64,000 bases of DNA, from the NCBI RefSeq assembly GCF_009914755.1, contig NC_060944.1; one strand, given 5' to 3'. Positions 1 to 28,480 of the stretch are shown here, in pieces (within the stretch, counting starts at the first letter, position 1; the number at the start of each line of letters is the position of its first letter). The translations under genes were made by a program, and so were the position numbers. The DNA comes from the human T2T-CHM13v2.0 reference genome, Homo sapiens. A model generated the notes under the pieces. The model had not been told where the DNA came from. It ran no database searches and saw only the letters and a program-made list of their open reading frames with translations.

Positions 1-7165
<7,165 letters not shown>

Positions 7166-7344
7166 TTCATCAAAATATTCTGTTGATGGTTCAACAACAG
7201 AAGTGGTTAAACAATTTAAATATACTCAAATATTGCTTCCCATTGAGACTAATGTTTTTGAGAATATTTAACATCATGAGCAATATTTATATTTTAAATA
7301 TAAAATATATAAAACATGTTACTTCCGCTTTCTTTTTCAAAAAA

Positions 7345-9575
<2,231 letters not shown>

Positions 9576-9579
9576 AGTC

Positions 9580-10900
<1,321 letters not shown>

Positions 10901-11048
10901 AGGATTCTTAAATCAAATCACAGTGCTGGAACTGTGCCCAGCCAGGATTCTTAAATCAAAATATTTTTCCCTCTATTTATAAATATTTATCCAAATATTT
11001 ATGGGGGGAAAAAAGTCACAGGTCACACAGTGGCCAGTTCTGCTTTAG

Positions 11049-11546
<498 letters not shown>

Positions 11547-12093
11547 AGCTAAAGTTTTATCTGTGTGATCAAGAAAAAGCTAATTCAAGATGACAGAGAG
11601 AGAGGCAGCTGAATGAAACTAACTATATACACCTGCCCTTCTCTGAGATCGTAAGGTAGCCTTGATTTCCCCCTGCAAAGTTATGAATTCTGAAAATATC
11701 AGAGAGAAGGCCAAATAAATGCTTATTTTGCTTTTTGGATTTATCCATGCCTCCATTCGCCTCCAGAATTATGAACAAGTGAGAAATTCACCTTTTTGTC
11801 TTTTCTTGGTACTTTTCATGGAACCAATAAAGAATTCTGCCATATTACATGTATTCAACATAACTAATAAGACATGACTTGAATGCTTTTTTATTAAGCA
11901 GATCTTATTTAATTTAGTCAGTTTTGATCCAACCCACATGCCAAATGCAGCTTGCCAAAGTAAAATACCCTATGGACATTAGGATCAAAATGCCTCCTTT
12001 TTAAAAAGTAAAGTCTATTTATAATCCAATCCTTTAAGTTGAAATTAGGCCTTTTATAAATTGAATTTCATGTATTCTACAGAATCAACAGAC

Positions 12094-12163
12094 CTGCTTA
12101 AGAACTCTCTGACCACTCTCAGAAAAGTTAGTCAGTGGGACCCCTCTCCATTCCTCCCAGGAC
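12094..12163 (-). other. NCOA6: Candidate 70-nt non-coding (5'UTR) cassette exon of NCOA6, containing uORF MERGPTD* (12128-12151)
   Basis: Acceptor ctgatgtttctcttcttcctcttgccctttttcttttttgtttag|GTC; donor AAGCAG|gtctgt; lies in non-repetitive sequence. Confidence 0.65.
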
Positions 12164-12388
12164 CTAAACAAAAAAGAAAAAGGGCAAGAGGAAGAAGAGA
12201 AACATCAGAAGAAAAGACTACATATAAACCCTTATAAACCTATTCAAAATAAATTTTTGTGATTGGCCAAATTCCTTCTCTCTACCACTGTTTCTGCTAA
12301 TTTTACTCTAGAAAGAGTTGTAAAAGGCCAGGTGCTGTGGCTCACGCCTGTAATCCCAGCACTTTGAGAAGCCAAGGTGGGTGGATCA

Positions 12389-12604
<216 letters not shown>

Positions 12605-13157
12605 TCAAAAAAAAAGAGTTGTAAAAGACAGATGACCTATCTACAATTTCTAGTCCAGTGGCTTTTATTAAGGAAAGCTTATAATCATCAAAGAGGCTCA
12701 ATATACTTTTGAAATACCACAGTAGTGGTTACACAAGTGTGTTAATTTTATAATTCATTAACCTTATAATTTGTGTGCTTTTCTTTGTATGTTACACATC
12801 AATTAACACATTTTTACAATAGATACATTTGTCCTGGGCAGAATCTCTGAAAGATTCTAAGTAAGCAGGTATCAGAAATAGTCAAGGTTACATGATTTGT
12901 CCTAGGTCACAGATATAGTTAGCTACAAATGAAGTCCTTCATATCACTTTCCTACTCTTTCTGTTATAAATTGTAAATATGTTGATATTATTATACTTTT
13001 TAATTTAACATTACTTTCCTACTTAAGACTATGAAAAAAATAAGTATTACAAGTGAGAACTGCAAAAAACAAGCAAACAAGTAAATAGAAAACACATGTC
13101 CTGGGTTCATAACTGTGCACTATTGAAGCTATTGTACCATCCATATGAGGAAATTAA

Positions 13158-13484
<327 letters not shown>

Positions 13485-13821
13485 TCTGTGCAACCATTTC
13501 TTAACCTCAATATCCTTTTTCAAATGCTTTCAATGTAGACATATGTCAAACTATTAGTAGTAAAATCAACTGTGTACCTATTCAGATAGACTAGCATTAT
13601 TTTTGATATGAAAATATAGGGTGATAGAACGGAAAAAGGGCTAGGCTGAGCATTGCAGAGTGGGTTTTAGTCATGGCTGTCCCATAAAGTTGTTTTATGA
13701 TTTAGGGCAAGACATAAATCTCTCTGGTCTAAGAGTATTAAAATGAGAGGATGAACACCAGAGCTAGGACTAAACAGAATCTCAGGTTCCTTCCAGGTTT
13801 AAGAAAACTCAAGGACTATTT

Positions 13822-13839
13822 AACAACAACAACAACAAC

Positions 13840-13878
<39 letters not shown>
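13822..13878. repeat. Compound microsatellite (AAC)6-GTG-(TA)18
   Basis: Direct reading. Confidence 0.95.
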
Positions 13879-13881
<3 letters not shown>

Positions 13882-14610
13882 TTTCAAAATGCATTTTACA
13901 AATGATTATCTCTATTCAAATATGTTTAAAGTAGCTTTGTAAAATAAAAATACTAGAATTCCTCTGGCACCTGCTTCATAAATACAAGCATATTCTTCAG
14001 CTTGTATCAAATGCAAACCTCTGATCTGTTGTCTAGGTGCAACAACCTCTCCCTCTCAGTTGGCTAATAATAACATTGTTGATTCTTTATCATCATGAGA
14101 CTCTTTTGCCTGCATTTAAAAAACTTCATTTTATGAATCAATTTCAGATTTACAGAACATGAGTTATTTTTATGAGAAATATGTATCTCTCAATATGTAA
14201 CAGAAGTCTTTCTTAATTTCTAATAATCTACTGTAATTTGAAAACTTTCCATGGATGCATTTATTTGACTACCCTTTACCAACTGCCTACTAGCACTCTG
14301 CTAGGCACTTTCCTGCTCCTGAAGTTACTATACAAGAACAAAAAGACTGTGGAATGGTTAATTGAAACAACATTATTTCATGAATGCCTCCATCTGAATA
14401 TTACACTTATAGTATTTAAAAAATTAAGTTGGCCTTGTAACCACACAACCTTAAATGTTTCAGGATAACTTATAAGACATTGTTAAAGTGTCTAAATAAA
14501 CAGTTAAATGCTCACTGTTAAAGACAATTTGCCTAGGCATAACTATTATAAGATCCAATTTCATCCTCCCTATACCCTTTCATGAGGTCCTTATAAAACT
14601 ATTTCATGGT

Positions 14611-18015
<3,405 letters not shown>

Positions 18016-18879
18016 TTTTTTTTTTAAATAATAATTTAAAAATAAAAAGACACAGAAAAAGAGCATATCATTAGCCTGGACAGTACCCAGTCTTCCTCAA
18101 TTCTATTTGTTATTTTAAAACAATACTCAGTTTTCCTCAATTCTTTCCAATATTTTTTTAAATTATGGAAAAACTGAAGAAGTTTCAAAGAAAAACCAAG
18201 AGGTAAAGAATAGGATGGAAAAGAGGTAATTTTGAAGAATGGTTTGAAATCAAATGAAGTGTGACATGACTATTAACACTGAAATATCCATGGGGAGGCT
18301 TTTGAATGGAGACCCTGAAAAGCTGATGTATCTCTCAATGCCCACAGATGACTCACCAAGAAGAGAGGGCTAACAAAACCCTCAAAGTTTGTTGTTTTAC
18401 AGAAGAGAGATTTCTTTATTGTGCTGGCAAAAGTTACTGGCATAGGAAAATGAGGGAGGCTGGGTGTGTTGTCATTGACCATCTGTTTTTCTACAGGGTG
18501 TTTACTTATCCATGATCACCTGATCATATTAGAATGTCTCTAAAACTTGACTCAGTTACTCAAAGCTTGAATCAATTATCTACCATTTCAAAATTCCGCA
18601 GTGCCATCCTGCTCCCACACACTGGTCACTCAGCAACATTCAAATGTCTTAGACCTGGCATCCAGGGCCCCAAGAAAGTACGTCGGCTTCACTTCTCCAC
18701 AACTCCTCAACAAACCAGCAAATCAGACTTCTCACTATTTCATTACCTAAATATTCCTTACATTTTCCTATGTCCATCATTCCTTTGGTTACTCTCTCCT
18801 TAATCCCATTTGTTGCAATCTTACCCTTCCATTTTAATAAATTTTAATTTAATGCCTCTATGTTATCTCAAACACTACC

Positions 18880-19156
18880 TGTTATGTGTTGACTTGTGCC
18901 CCCCAATCCCATCCCTGCCAAATATGTTAGTCTTAACTCTCAGTACCTCAGAATGTGACCTGATTTGGAAACAGAGTCGCTGCAGAGGTAATCAATTAAG
19001 ATGAAGTTACTCCTACTGGAGTAGGGTGGGACCTACTAGTGACCTTATAAGGGAAATTTGGACACAGAGACATACAGGGAAAACGCCATGTGACAACAGA
19101 GGCAAAGATGGAGTGATGCAGCTACAAGCCAAGGAGCACCAAGAATTGATGGAAGG
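18880..19156 (+). mobile_element. MLT1B/C-type LTR, 5' part only
   Basis: TGTTATGTGTTGACTTGTGCCCCCC..CTCAGAATGTGACCTGATTTGGAAACAG..GCTACAAGCCAAGGA. Confidence 0.75.
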
Positions 19157-19317
19157 CTCAGCCTCTCAAGTAGGTGCGATTAGATGCACATGCCAGCACG
19201 CCTGGCTAATTTTTGTACTTTTAGTAGAGATGGGGTTTTACCATGTTGGCCAGGCTGGTCTCAAACTCCTGAACTCAAGTGATCCACCCACCTTGGCCTC
19301 CTAAAGTGTTGGGATTA

Positions 19318-19497
<180 letters not shown>

Positions 19498-21001
19498 TCA
19501 CACCTGTAATCCCAGCACTTTGGGAGGCCGAGGCAGGTGGATCACCTAAGGTCAGGAGTTCGAGACCAGCCTGACCAATATGGTCAAACCCCATCTCTAC
19601 TAAAACTACAAAAAAATTAGCTGGGCGTGGTGGCAGTTGCCTGTAGTCCCAGCTACTCAGGAGGTTGAGACAGGAGAATCACTTGAACCCAGGAGGCGGA
19701 GGTTGCAATGAGCCAAGATCTCACCACTGCACTCCAGCCTGGGCAACAGAGTGAGACTCCATCACACACACACACAAAAAAGCAAAAGCAAAAGCAAAAG
19801 AAAATGTATATAAATGGGTACTACGGAACTGATATTCAACAGATTCAATATCAGTAAAGGAGCTGATTAATGGGAACTTTTGTTGCCTTTGTGTGTGTGA
19901 CGGAGGGGGAGGGGTTGCAGCTGGTTAATGCTAAATACAAACTGAAATATCTGTTTAAAGTATGAATGCCCTCTGAATTTGGTGCTCATTAATATTAACT
20001 GATATAGTTAATTTATTAACTGATAATGAATATTATAACTGACATAGAATACACAATTCATCACAAAGTAAAGGTATGGTCCTGGCCTTCTGCTTTATAG
20101 AGATTGTATATCAAATAAAGCATATGACCAACTCTAGGGCTGCATTCCTCCTTCCATCAAAGCCATAGTATTTCATTTGTGTATACATCTAAATGTAACT
20201 CTAGTTATTTACTAATTAACTCAGAATGTTTATTGAGCTCCTAGGCAGCTACTTTATGTCCTTTTTAGAATAAGGTGAGGTAGAAAAAGATCACATTTAA
20301 AAAAATAAATGAATATACCAGACATCAAAATAGGCAGACACTGGAGCTGAAGGGAGGGAAGGGGGAAGGCAGAGACAGACACCAGCCCAGTCCTAAAGGA
20401 GCACTCACCCAATCTAGTGAGAAGTAAGAGAGTAAACTAGCTCCATATCTCTCCTTTCTCCCCATGCTGATCCTACACTTCACAATCAGGCTTCCTTTCC
20501 TAACGTACAGCTTTCATCACATCACTGGCGAAAAACATTTGATGACTTCCCACTACCTAGTCAATCAAGTTCAAACTTCCCAGCTTGGAATAGAAATGGG
20601 TATTCAAAGCCTTCCATGATTTGATTATATGGTATGCAGAGATTAGGAAGGCAGGCTTTGAAATTAGACTACCTGGACTCAAATACTTTCTGTATCAATT
20701 GTTAGCTCTCTTCTTCATTTTATATGTAAAAAGGGATTAAAAACCAGTGCCTACCTCATCAGGTTGTTGTAAGGATTAAATAAAATGCTACTTATGAAAT
20801 ACTTAGCACATTATCTTGCAAATAGTAAGCATGCAAAAAATGTGAGCCATTGGCCAGGCATATGGCTTGTGCCTATAATCCTAGCAATTTGGGAGACCAA
20901 GGCAGGAGATCACTTGAGCCCAGGAATTAAAGACTGCAATGAGTTATAATCACGCCACTGCACTCCAGCCTGGGCAACAGAGTAAGACCCTGGTTCTATT
21001 T

Positions 21002-21032
<31 letters not shown>

Positions 21033-23172
21033 TACCCAAAGAACACTGGGGGGAAAGAAAAGCCACTACTACTATTAATTTTTTTAAGTTTTATTTATTT
21101 TAGGTTTTATCTATTATTGTTACTATTGTTCATCTCCATTTCCACCCTTAATTCCAACAACACCCTTATAACAATCCTCTTCTCCAAGCAAAGTGGACTC
21201 TTTACCATCTCCTAAATACCCACCTCTGTGTTTATGCTTTCACTCAGCCTGGAAAATACAGCACTGTCTCATCTCCAAGTATTAAGATACTAACTATTCT
21301 TGGCAGCTTCGTTCACAGACCACCTCTTTCAGGTACCATTCTCTAGTATCCCAGCTCCATAACACATTACAGACATTCCTCAGCATAGAAACCTTGGCTA
21401 GATTCATCTTGGTATCTTGCAGAGTTCTAGCCAGTTTCCAGAATACATGGTAGGGCTCAACAAATGTTTGAGAAAATAATACCTATATTTCCTTTCTCGT
21501 CCAACCACTCTCTTAGACAACAGCTCCACAATACAAGTAAAAAGAGTTCTTCTACAGTATTTCATAAAGCTGGCCAGCTAATTTTCTATCACCAATGTGG
21601 TAATTTCTAATACAGTACTTAATACATAGTAGATGCCTAAATATTCAAGGAGCTAAGCTGAATTTCACCTCATCTTTTAATTTCATTTATCATTCTATTC
21701 ATTATGATCAAGTATGGCTCATCCTTAGAAATAGGTTTTAGTATTTACTTGCCCACAAACTCATCTGTCAATTTCTGGCCATCCCCCCCACCATCCCAAT
21801 ATGTCATTTACTGGTTTGGGGGAGACAATATTCAATACCTCAATAAAGTAAGAATCAGAAAATTAAATGTCTGCAGGGCCATAAAAATAAAGAGCAAAGC
21901 AAGACAGCAAGGCAGACTATGGAGAACTAGGAAACACATCTCACCTAAAAGTTTCAGCTGGTTACCGCTATAAATGAATATGGGCTTGCTGTTGACAGAT
22001 CTTCCAATTTTTCAAGGTTAAGTCAGAAACTCAGAGGTCTGTGTACATTTTTAAGACATTAAAAATATTGTGTAAACCAAACAAAATACTTATACAGGTC
22101 AAATCCAACCACAGGTTGCCAGTTTGCAACCTCTGCTACAGAAGTTCTCTGCAAAAGTGATGGCGTGAGAAGAGTTCTATCCTAGCAGATAATCTAAGGC
22201 AGCCCCTAAAACTAAGTAGCTCCTTGGAAGCATCTCCTGCAACACTCAGCCCAACTCTCACCATTCTGATTGACCTGAAAACCAAATTAATTTGGCAATT
22301 TAATTGAGCAAAATGAGCCCCTGCTCTGTACCAGGTGCTGAGGAATCAGAAATGAACAGTAGTGCTAAAGTACAGCTAATATTTATTGAGCATGTTCTAG
22401 GTGCCAAGCACTGTTTTACACGTTATGTATATTGACTCATTTAATCCTCACAAAACCCTATGAGATTACTATTATCCTTAAAGACTGAGGCGCAATGAGG
22501 TTTTATTTGTCCAAGGTCACACAATCAGCAAGCAGCAGTGCTTAATAAGGACCTGAGACAGACTCCACCAAAAAGAGCTCACAATTTGAAAGCAAGCCCC
22601 ATTCAATAAATGATGCTGGGATCACTGGTTATACATAGGGAAAAAAAATGAAACTGGACCCGACCTTACACTACACATAAGAATCCATTCCAGATACATT
22701 AAAGATCTAACCATTGAAAACAACAGTAGGTATTCCAGAATATAAAGAATAATTGCAGGCTGGGCACAGTAGCTCACACCTGTAATCCCAGCACTTTGTG
22801 GACTGCTTGAGCTCAGGAGTTCCAGACTAGCCTGGGCAACATGGCGAAACCCCGCCTCTACAAAAAATGCAAAAAGTAGCAGGGCATGGTGGCGCATGCC
22901 TGTGGTCTCAACTGGCATGGGAGGTGGGAGGGTTGCTTGAGCCCAGGAGGTTGAGGCTGCAGTGAGCCGAGATCGCACCACTGCACTCCAGCCTCGGTGA
23001 CAGAGCGAGACCCTGCCTCAAAACAAAGAATAACTGCAAATCTTAAAGGAAAAGATTGATAAAGTTGATACTAAAATTCAGAACTTTTTAACAAATGACA
23101 CCTTAAAACAGATGTTTTAAAATAAGCAACAGGCCAGGCGCAGTGGCTCACACCTGTAATCCCAGCACTTTA

Positions 23173-23406
<234 letters not shown>

Positions 23407-23804
23407 TCATCTCAAAAAAAAAAAAAAAAAAATTAAAATAAGCAAGAAACTGGGAAATGACATCTGTAATATCTACCAACAACAAAGGATTAATAATCAG
23501 AATATATAAATAAATCTTTTGTAAAAGACAACCCAATAAAAAAAATGGCAAAACAAGCCCGAGCATTATCTAATCCGTGTAAAGCTGGCACTACCACAGT
23601 TACCACACAGTACACTCCAGAACAATAGACCTTGCCATCACTGACTGATATAAATATTCAGGGGTCTGTGTTATGCTGCAGGTACACAGAGCATGGGTAA
23701 TCCAGCCCAAAGGGCAGAGCCAAGACGTTTATTCATTCTCTATCATCATATAGACATTGGATGGCAAATTAGAGGTTGAACATCCAACACTCAAACACAT
23801 AGAT

Positions 23805-24021
23805 CAGGGGTTGGCAAATGTTTTTGTAAAGAGTATTTCCAGCTTTGTGAGCTGACACAACACATCTCTGTCACGACTACTCAACTCTGCTATTGGTACC
23901 ACAAAAGAAGATATGGACAATATATAAATAAATGAGTGTGGCTATGTTCCAATAAAACGTTATTTACAAAAACAGATCGTGGGCCAGATTTGACCTATGG
24001 ACCACAGTCTGTCGACCTCTG
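23805..24021. mobile_element. MER58A-like hAT MITE with intact 8-bp TSD
   Basis: Terminal inverted repeats CAGGGGTTGGCAAA / CTGTCGACCTCTG; ACATAGAT at 23797-23804 and 24022-24029. Confidence 0.85.
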
Positions 24022-24057
24022 ACATAGATAGTTGTGCTTTTTCTACACTATAGGTAG

Positions 24058-24528
<471 letters not shown>

Positions 24529-24633
24529 CTTCCTTTCACTTTTTTAAACCTCTTTGACAGACACCACCCCAAACCAGAAATTTAAAAAACTCCCCCTAAG
24601 CCACTCACAATGTCAATAATCAACACCTGCAAA

Positions 24634-24792
24634 TTCTAACTCCACTCAATGCCCACAGCCTCTGCCTTAGTTCAGATCCTCATTACTTCTAACTCTGCTC
24701 AGTGCCCACAGTCTCTGCCTTAGTTCAGATCCTCATTACTTCTAACTCTGCTCAGTGCCCACAGTCTCTGCCTTAGTTCAGATCCTCATTAC
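24634..24792. repeat. Minisatellite, 3 x 53 bp, inside an L2-like remnant
   Basis: Unit TTCTAACTCTGCTCAGTGCCCACAGTCTCTGCCTTAGTTCAGATCCTCATTAC starts at 24634, 24687 and 24740; units 2 and 3 are identical. Confidence 0.95.
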
Positions 24793-25389
24793 CTCTCTGG
24801 TCTTCAGTCTACCCTCCTTCCAAAGAACATCCATTTATCTCCTAGAAATTAAACCTCCACCACATACTCCCCTTCTCGAAGATCTTGAATGCCTCTCTCA
24901 GCTAAGGATTCAGTCCAAACTCCTTAGCAAGGTCCTTCACAACCAGGTTCCTAACATGGTCTTCCTAGTCTCATCTCTGGCCATGCTTTCACACACATTC
25001 TATGCTCCAGCCACATTCAGTTATTAATACATTCCCTGAAAACGTGTCTTTACCTGAAAGGCCCTTCTCTCCATTTCACTGGCAAATTCCTGTATCTTTT
25101 AGGACACATCTCAAATGTCACCCCTTCGCAACACCTTCCCTGATTCTTTGAGCAGACACACCCATCTCCGTGTCCTTATAGCGTTTAATAACTCTTCTTT
25201 GGCATCGACCATCCTGAACTATGATTGTTCACATGTCTACTTCACTCATGGGGCTGCATACCCAAAGTGAAGTGACTCTGCCTTAAAAACTTCTGAAGCT
25301 ACAGAGCCCAGTATAATGCTTGATATGCAGTAGATGCCTTGAGGCACAGTAAACGTTTGCTGAATGGAAGACATGCCTGGCAGTAGGAG

Positions 25390-25858
25390 TAGGGTTTCTT
25401 AACCTGGGGTTCATAGACAGGAGTCTATAGATAGGACTTCAGTGGGGCTTGTGAACTTGGACAGGGAGAAAAAAATCTCTTTTACTAACTTTTAACTGAA
25501 AATTACCATTCTATTCAAATATGAGTGTAGGTAACATACCATTCTAGTATTAGCAGTTCTGTGACTCTGTAACAACAGAAATCTCAAATATCTTTATATC
25601 ATACTACAATTGTTGCATATAATCTTGAAGTAGCCTTTATGCGCATCATGTCTTTGAAATTATAATTATCGGATCCATCACTAAATCTGATTTCTTAACG
25701 TGCTGATAAACAAGTATATGCATATTAGATTTGTATATTTTGGAAACTGTATTTTAATATAATTGGTGTTCCTTATAATTCAATGTACTTTATTTTATAC
25801 AATTAAAAAATATTATTCTGAAAGGGGTCCATGGCACAGATAAGGTCAGGTCTTCCTG
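25390..25858. mobile_element. hAT-Charlie-type DNA transposon remnant
   Basis: TAGGGTTTCTTAACCTGGGGTTCAT ... AAGGGGTCCATGGCACAGATAAGGT..CCTG. Confidence 0.55.
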
Positions 25859-27639
25859 CATTAGAAAAACCCAGAATAGGCTGGGCGCGGTGGCTCACGC
25901 CTGTAATCCCAGCACTTTGGGAGGCTCAGGTGGGCAGATCACTTGAGCTCAGGATTTCAAGACCAGCCTGGGCAACATGTTGAAACCCCAACTCTACAAA
26001 CAGAAAAAAAAGAAAAGAAAAGAAAAGAAAAACCCAGAACAAATGAATTGTGTTGCTGTATATACATATGGTATTGACAGTTTTATTTTATATATGCCCG
26101 CATAATATTTTTGTTCGCTAATTCTCTTTGATTATATGGGGCCCTGGACCTATTTTCCATGACTAATTTGCATATTTCCTTCAGAACTCTCCCATAGCCC
26201 ATGCGAACTTTGAATTCTTCTCTAACATGATCCAACTTCAATTAATAAAATAGAGACTCTGGGTGTCTACAATTTTTCACTTTTCTTTTTTAGGATTTTG
26301 TGTTCCTTTGTGGTAAACACCTAGAAGAGAAGGAGCATCTCTCTTTTTTTTTTTTCTTTAGACAGTGTCTTGCTCTGTCGCCCAGGCAGGAATGTCATGG
26401 AATGACCATAGCATGGCTCATTGCAGCCTTGACCTCCCAGGCTCAAGCGATCCTCCCACCTCAGCCTCCTGAGTAGCTGGGACTACAAGTACAAGCCACA
26501 TCAGGTGGCTAATTTTTTTTATTTCTTTTGTAGAGATGGGGTCTGCCAGCTCCTGGGCTCAAGAAATCCTCCCACCTTGGCCTCCCAAAGTGTTGGGATT
26601 ACAGGCGTGAGCCACTGTGGCTGGCCGGAGCACCTCTTAAAACTCTAGAAAGTTAGAAGGTCTCAAAGATAACTTCTTTGCACAATTAGAGATGAACCAG
26701 GAAATACCAAATAACTGGCTGCCTATACTTTTTTGTATTCCCTTCAGCCTTTGTATTGCCACACTCATTACAGGAAGAAAACAAATTTAATAGTTATCTG
26801 GTATATACTGTTATGCTTCATTTCTTGTTGTTTTTGTTTGTTTGCTTTTAGTTTCATCACAAGAATGTTATGCTTCATTTCTTAACACCTTTCTCCCAGC
26901 TAGCAAATTCCTTTAAGGCAATGTGTTTAGTGAGGAAGCAGCCGACAATTTCTAGTACCCCTCTGCCACTAACTTGTAAGATCTTGAAAAGTCAACTTTA
27001 CCTTTCTATGTTTCAGCTAAAATCACTACCTGATTTGAAATCTTTACTTGATCTCTCAGGCCTTTGTAGTTTTTATACATTCACTCTTCTTCACCATTTT
27101 ACTGGCTTCAATAACGCCTTTCTGATGACCTCTCCAGGTGACTCTGCTCTTAAGCTGTGGGCTGTCCCCTTCCAGGGAAGACACCTTGGGTCACCGCCCC
27201 CAAACAGCCAGGTCCCTCCTTTTAAAGACACACACAACTCCCTAAGTTGATAAAGGTTCTCTCCTTCCTTGCCAACCAGTTCCACTCTCTGTGCCTCTTT
27301 TGCTGGCCAGCTCCTGCACCCAAACCTCAGTCTCCCTTTGTCCCCCTTTTCTCTCATCAAACACCTCCTTTTTCCTGTTGCTTCCCCCAAGAGGGGGTGG
27401 AGGATGCTTGGGACATAAGTCTTCAGAGCCTTGGGAGTTATACAGCTTTGCAATTCAGCCCCAGTACCCCAAGGACTGCCCCAATCTGAACCAGCGTCTG
27501 TACCCAAAGGGCCCTCATTCCTCATCAATCACCTCCTTCCCTCCCAGCAAAGAACTGCTCCAGCCCTGACAGCCTGAGCTTGGCCCCCATGCCTCCACCC
27601 CAATCCCCAGGTCCTACCTGCATTAGGGCTCTAACACCG

Positions 27640-28480
27640 CCTAAGGCCTAACCCAGTTCCACGTCCTGCCATCCTCTCAGCCCATAGACCCCAATCCCGG
27701 TTCCCTTCGGACCCAGTGTTCCTTCTCCGCGACCCTGACCACGACCCCACGACCGGCTCCCGCCTGTTCCCCAGGCCTGGAGCGCCACCCCGTGCAGACC
27801 CCGGCCAGCCCTGCACTCCCTCAGTGCACCGGCCCCCGCGCCCAGCACCCTCCCCACCCAGCCCGGCCGCCGCTCCCTCCAGCGCCCCCGCCCGCAGGCC
27901 TGGGGCCCGCTCCCCAACATGGCGACGGGGACACAAGCGCGGCGGGCGGGGCGGCTCCGGGCCGGGCCCGCTCTCAGACCGTGCCACTCGGTCGCCCGGC
28001 GCCATTTTTCCGCGCGGGCCCGGGCGGCGCCTCCTCCCCGCGAAGCCAGCCCGACAAGGACCGCGGACGCCCGGCGGGCCCACCCCTTACGGGCCCGCGC
28101 CGCCGTCCCCTCACCTGAGCGCGGCCCCGGCCCTCCCGGGCGGGCCTTGGAGCGCCGGCCCGGGCCGTGCGTGCCCGCCGCCCTCGGTGCGTCCGTCCGT
28201 CAGTCCTCGCGTGCGCCCGTCTGTCCCGCCGCCCGCGCCCGGCCGCCCGCAGCCCGACCCGGCAGGGCCTCACGGAGCCGGCGGGGAGGGGGATGGGCCG
28301 GACCGGGCCGGGGAGGGAGGGGGAGGGAGGGAGAGAGGGAGGGAGCGCGAGAGGGGGCGGGGCGGACTCGAGGGGCGGGGCATTGCCCACGTGACCAGAC
28401 GTCCCCGGGAGCGCGAGGTGGAGCGCGCGCCAGCTCCCTTCGGTGCTGAGTGCTTAGTGCTGGGATCTCGTGGGTCTCTG
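27640..28480. promoter_or_regulatory. NCOA6: CpG island / NCOA6 promoter
   Basis: Very GC- and CpG-rich; GC boxes at 28354-28362 and 28372-28380; E-box CACGTGAC at 28388-28395; YY1-like sites at 27916-27924 and 28000-28008. Confidence 0.9.
28115..28295 (-). other. NCOA6: NCOA6 non-coding exon 1 (TSS approximate)
   Basis: Consensus donor GCTCAG|gtgagg at 28115/28114 within the island; pyrimidine-rich start region; identity from recalled NCOA6-HMGB3P1-GGT7 synteny. Confidence 0.8.

Noticed and set aside
24634-24792. CRISPR-like repeat array
   Set aside because: Contiguous tandem units with no spacers, in a eukaryotic context without cas genes
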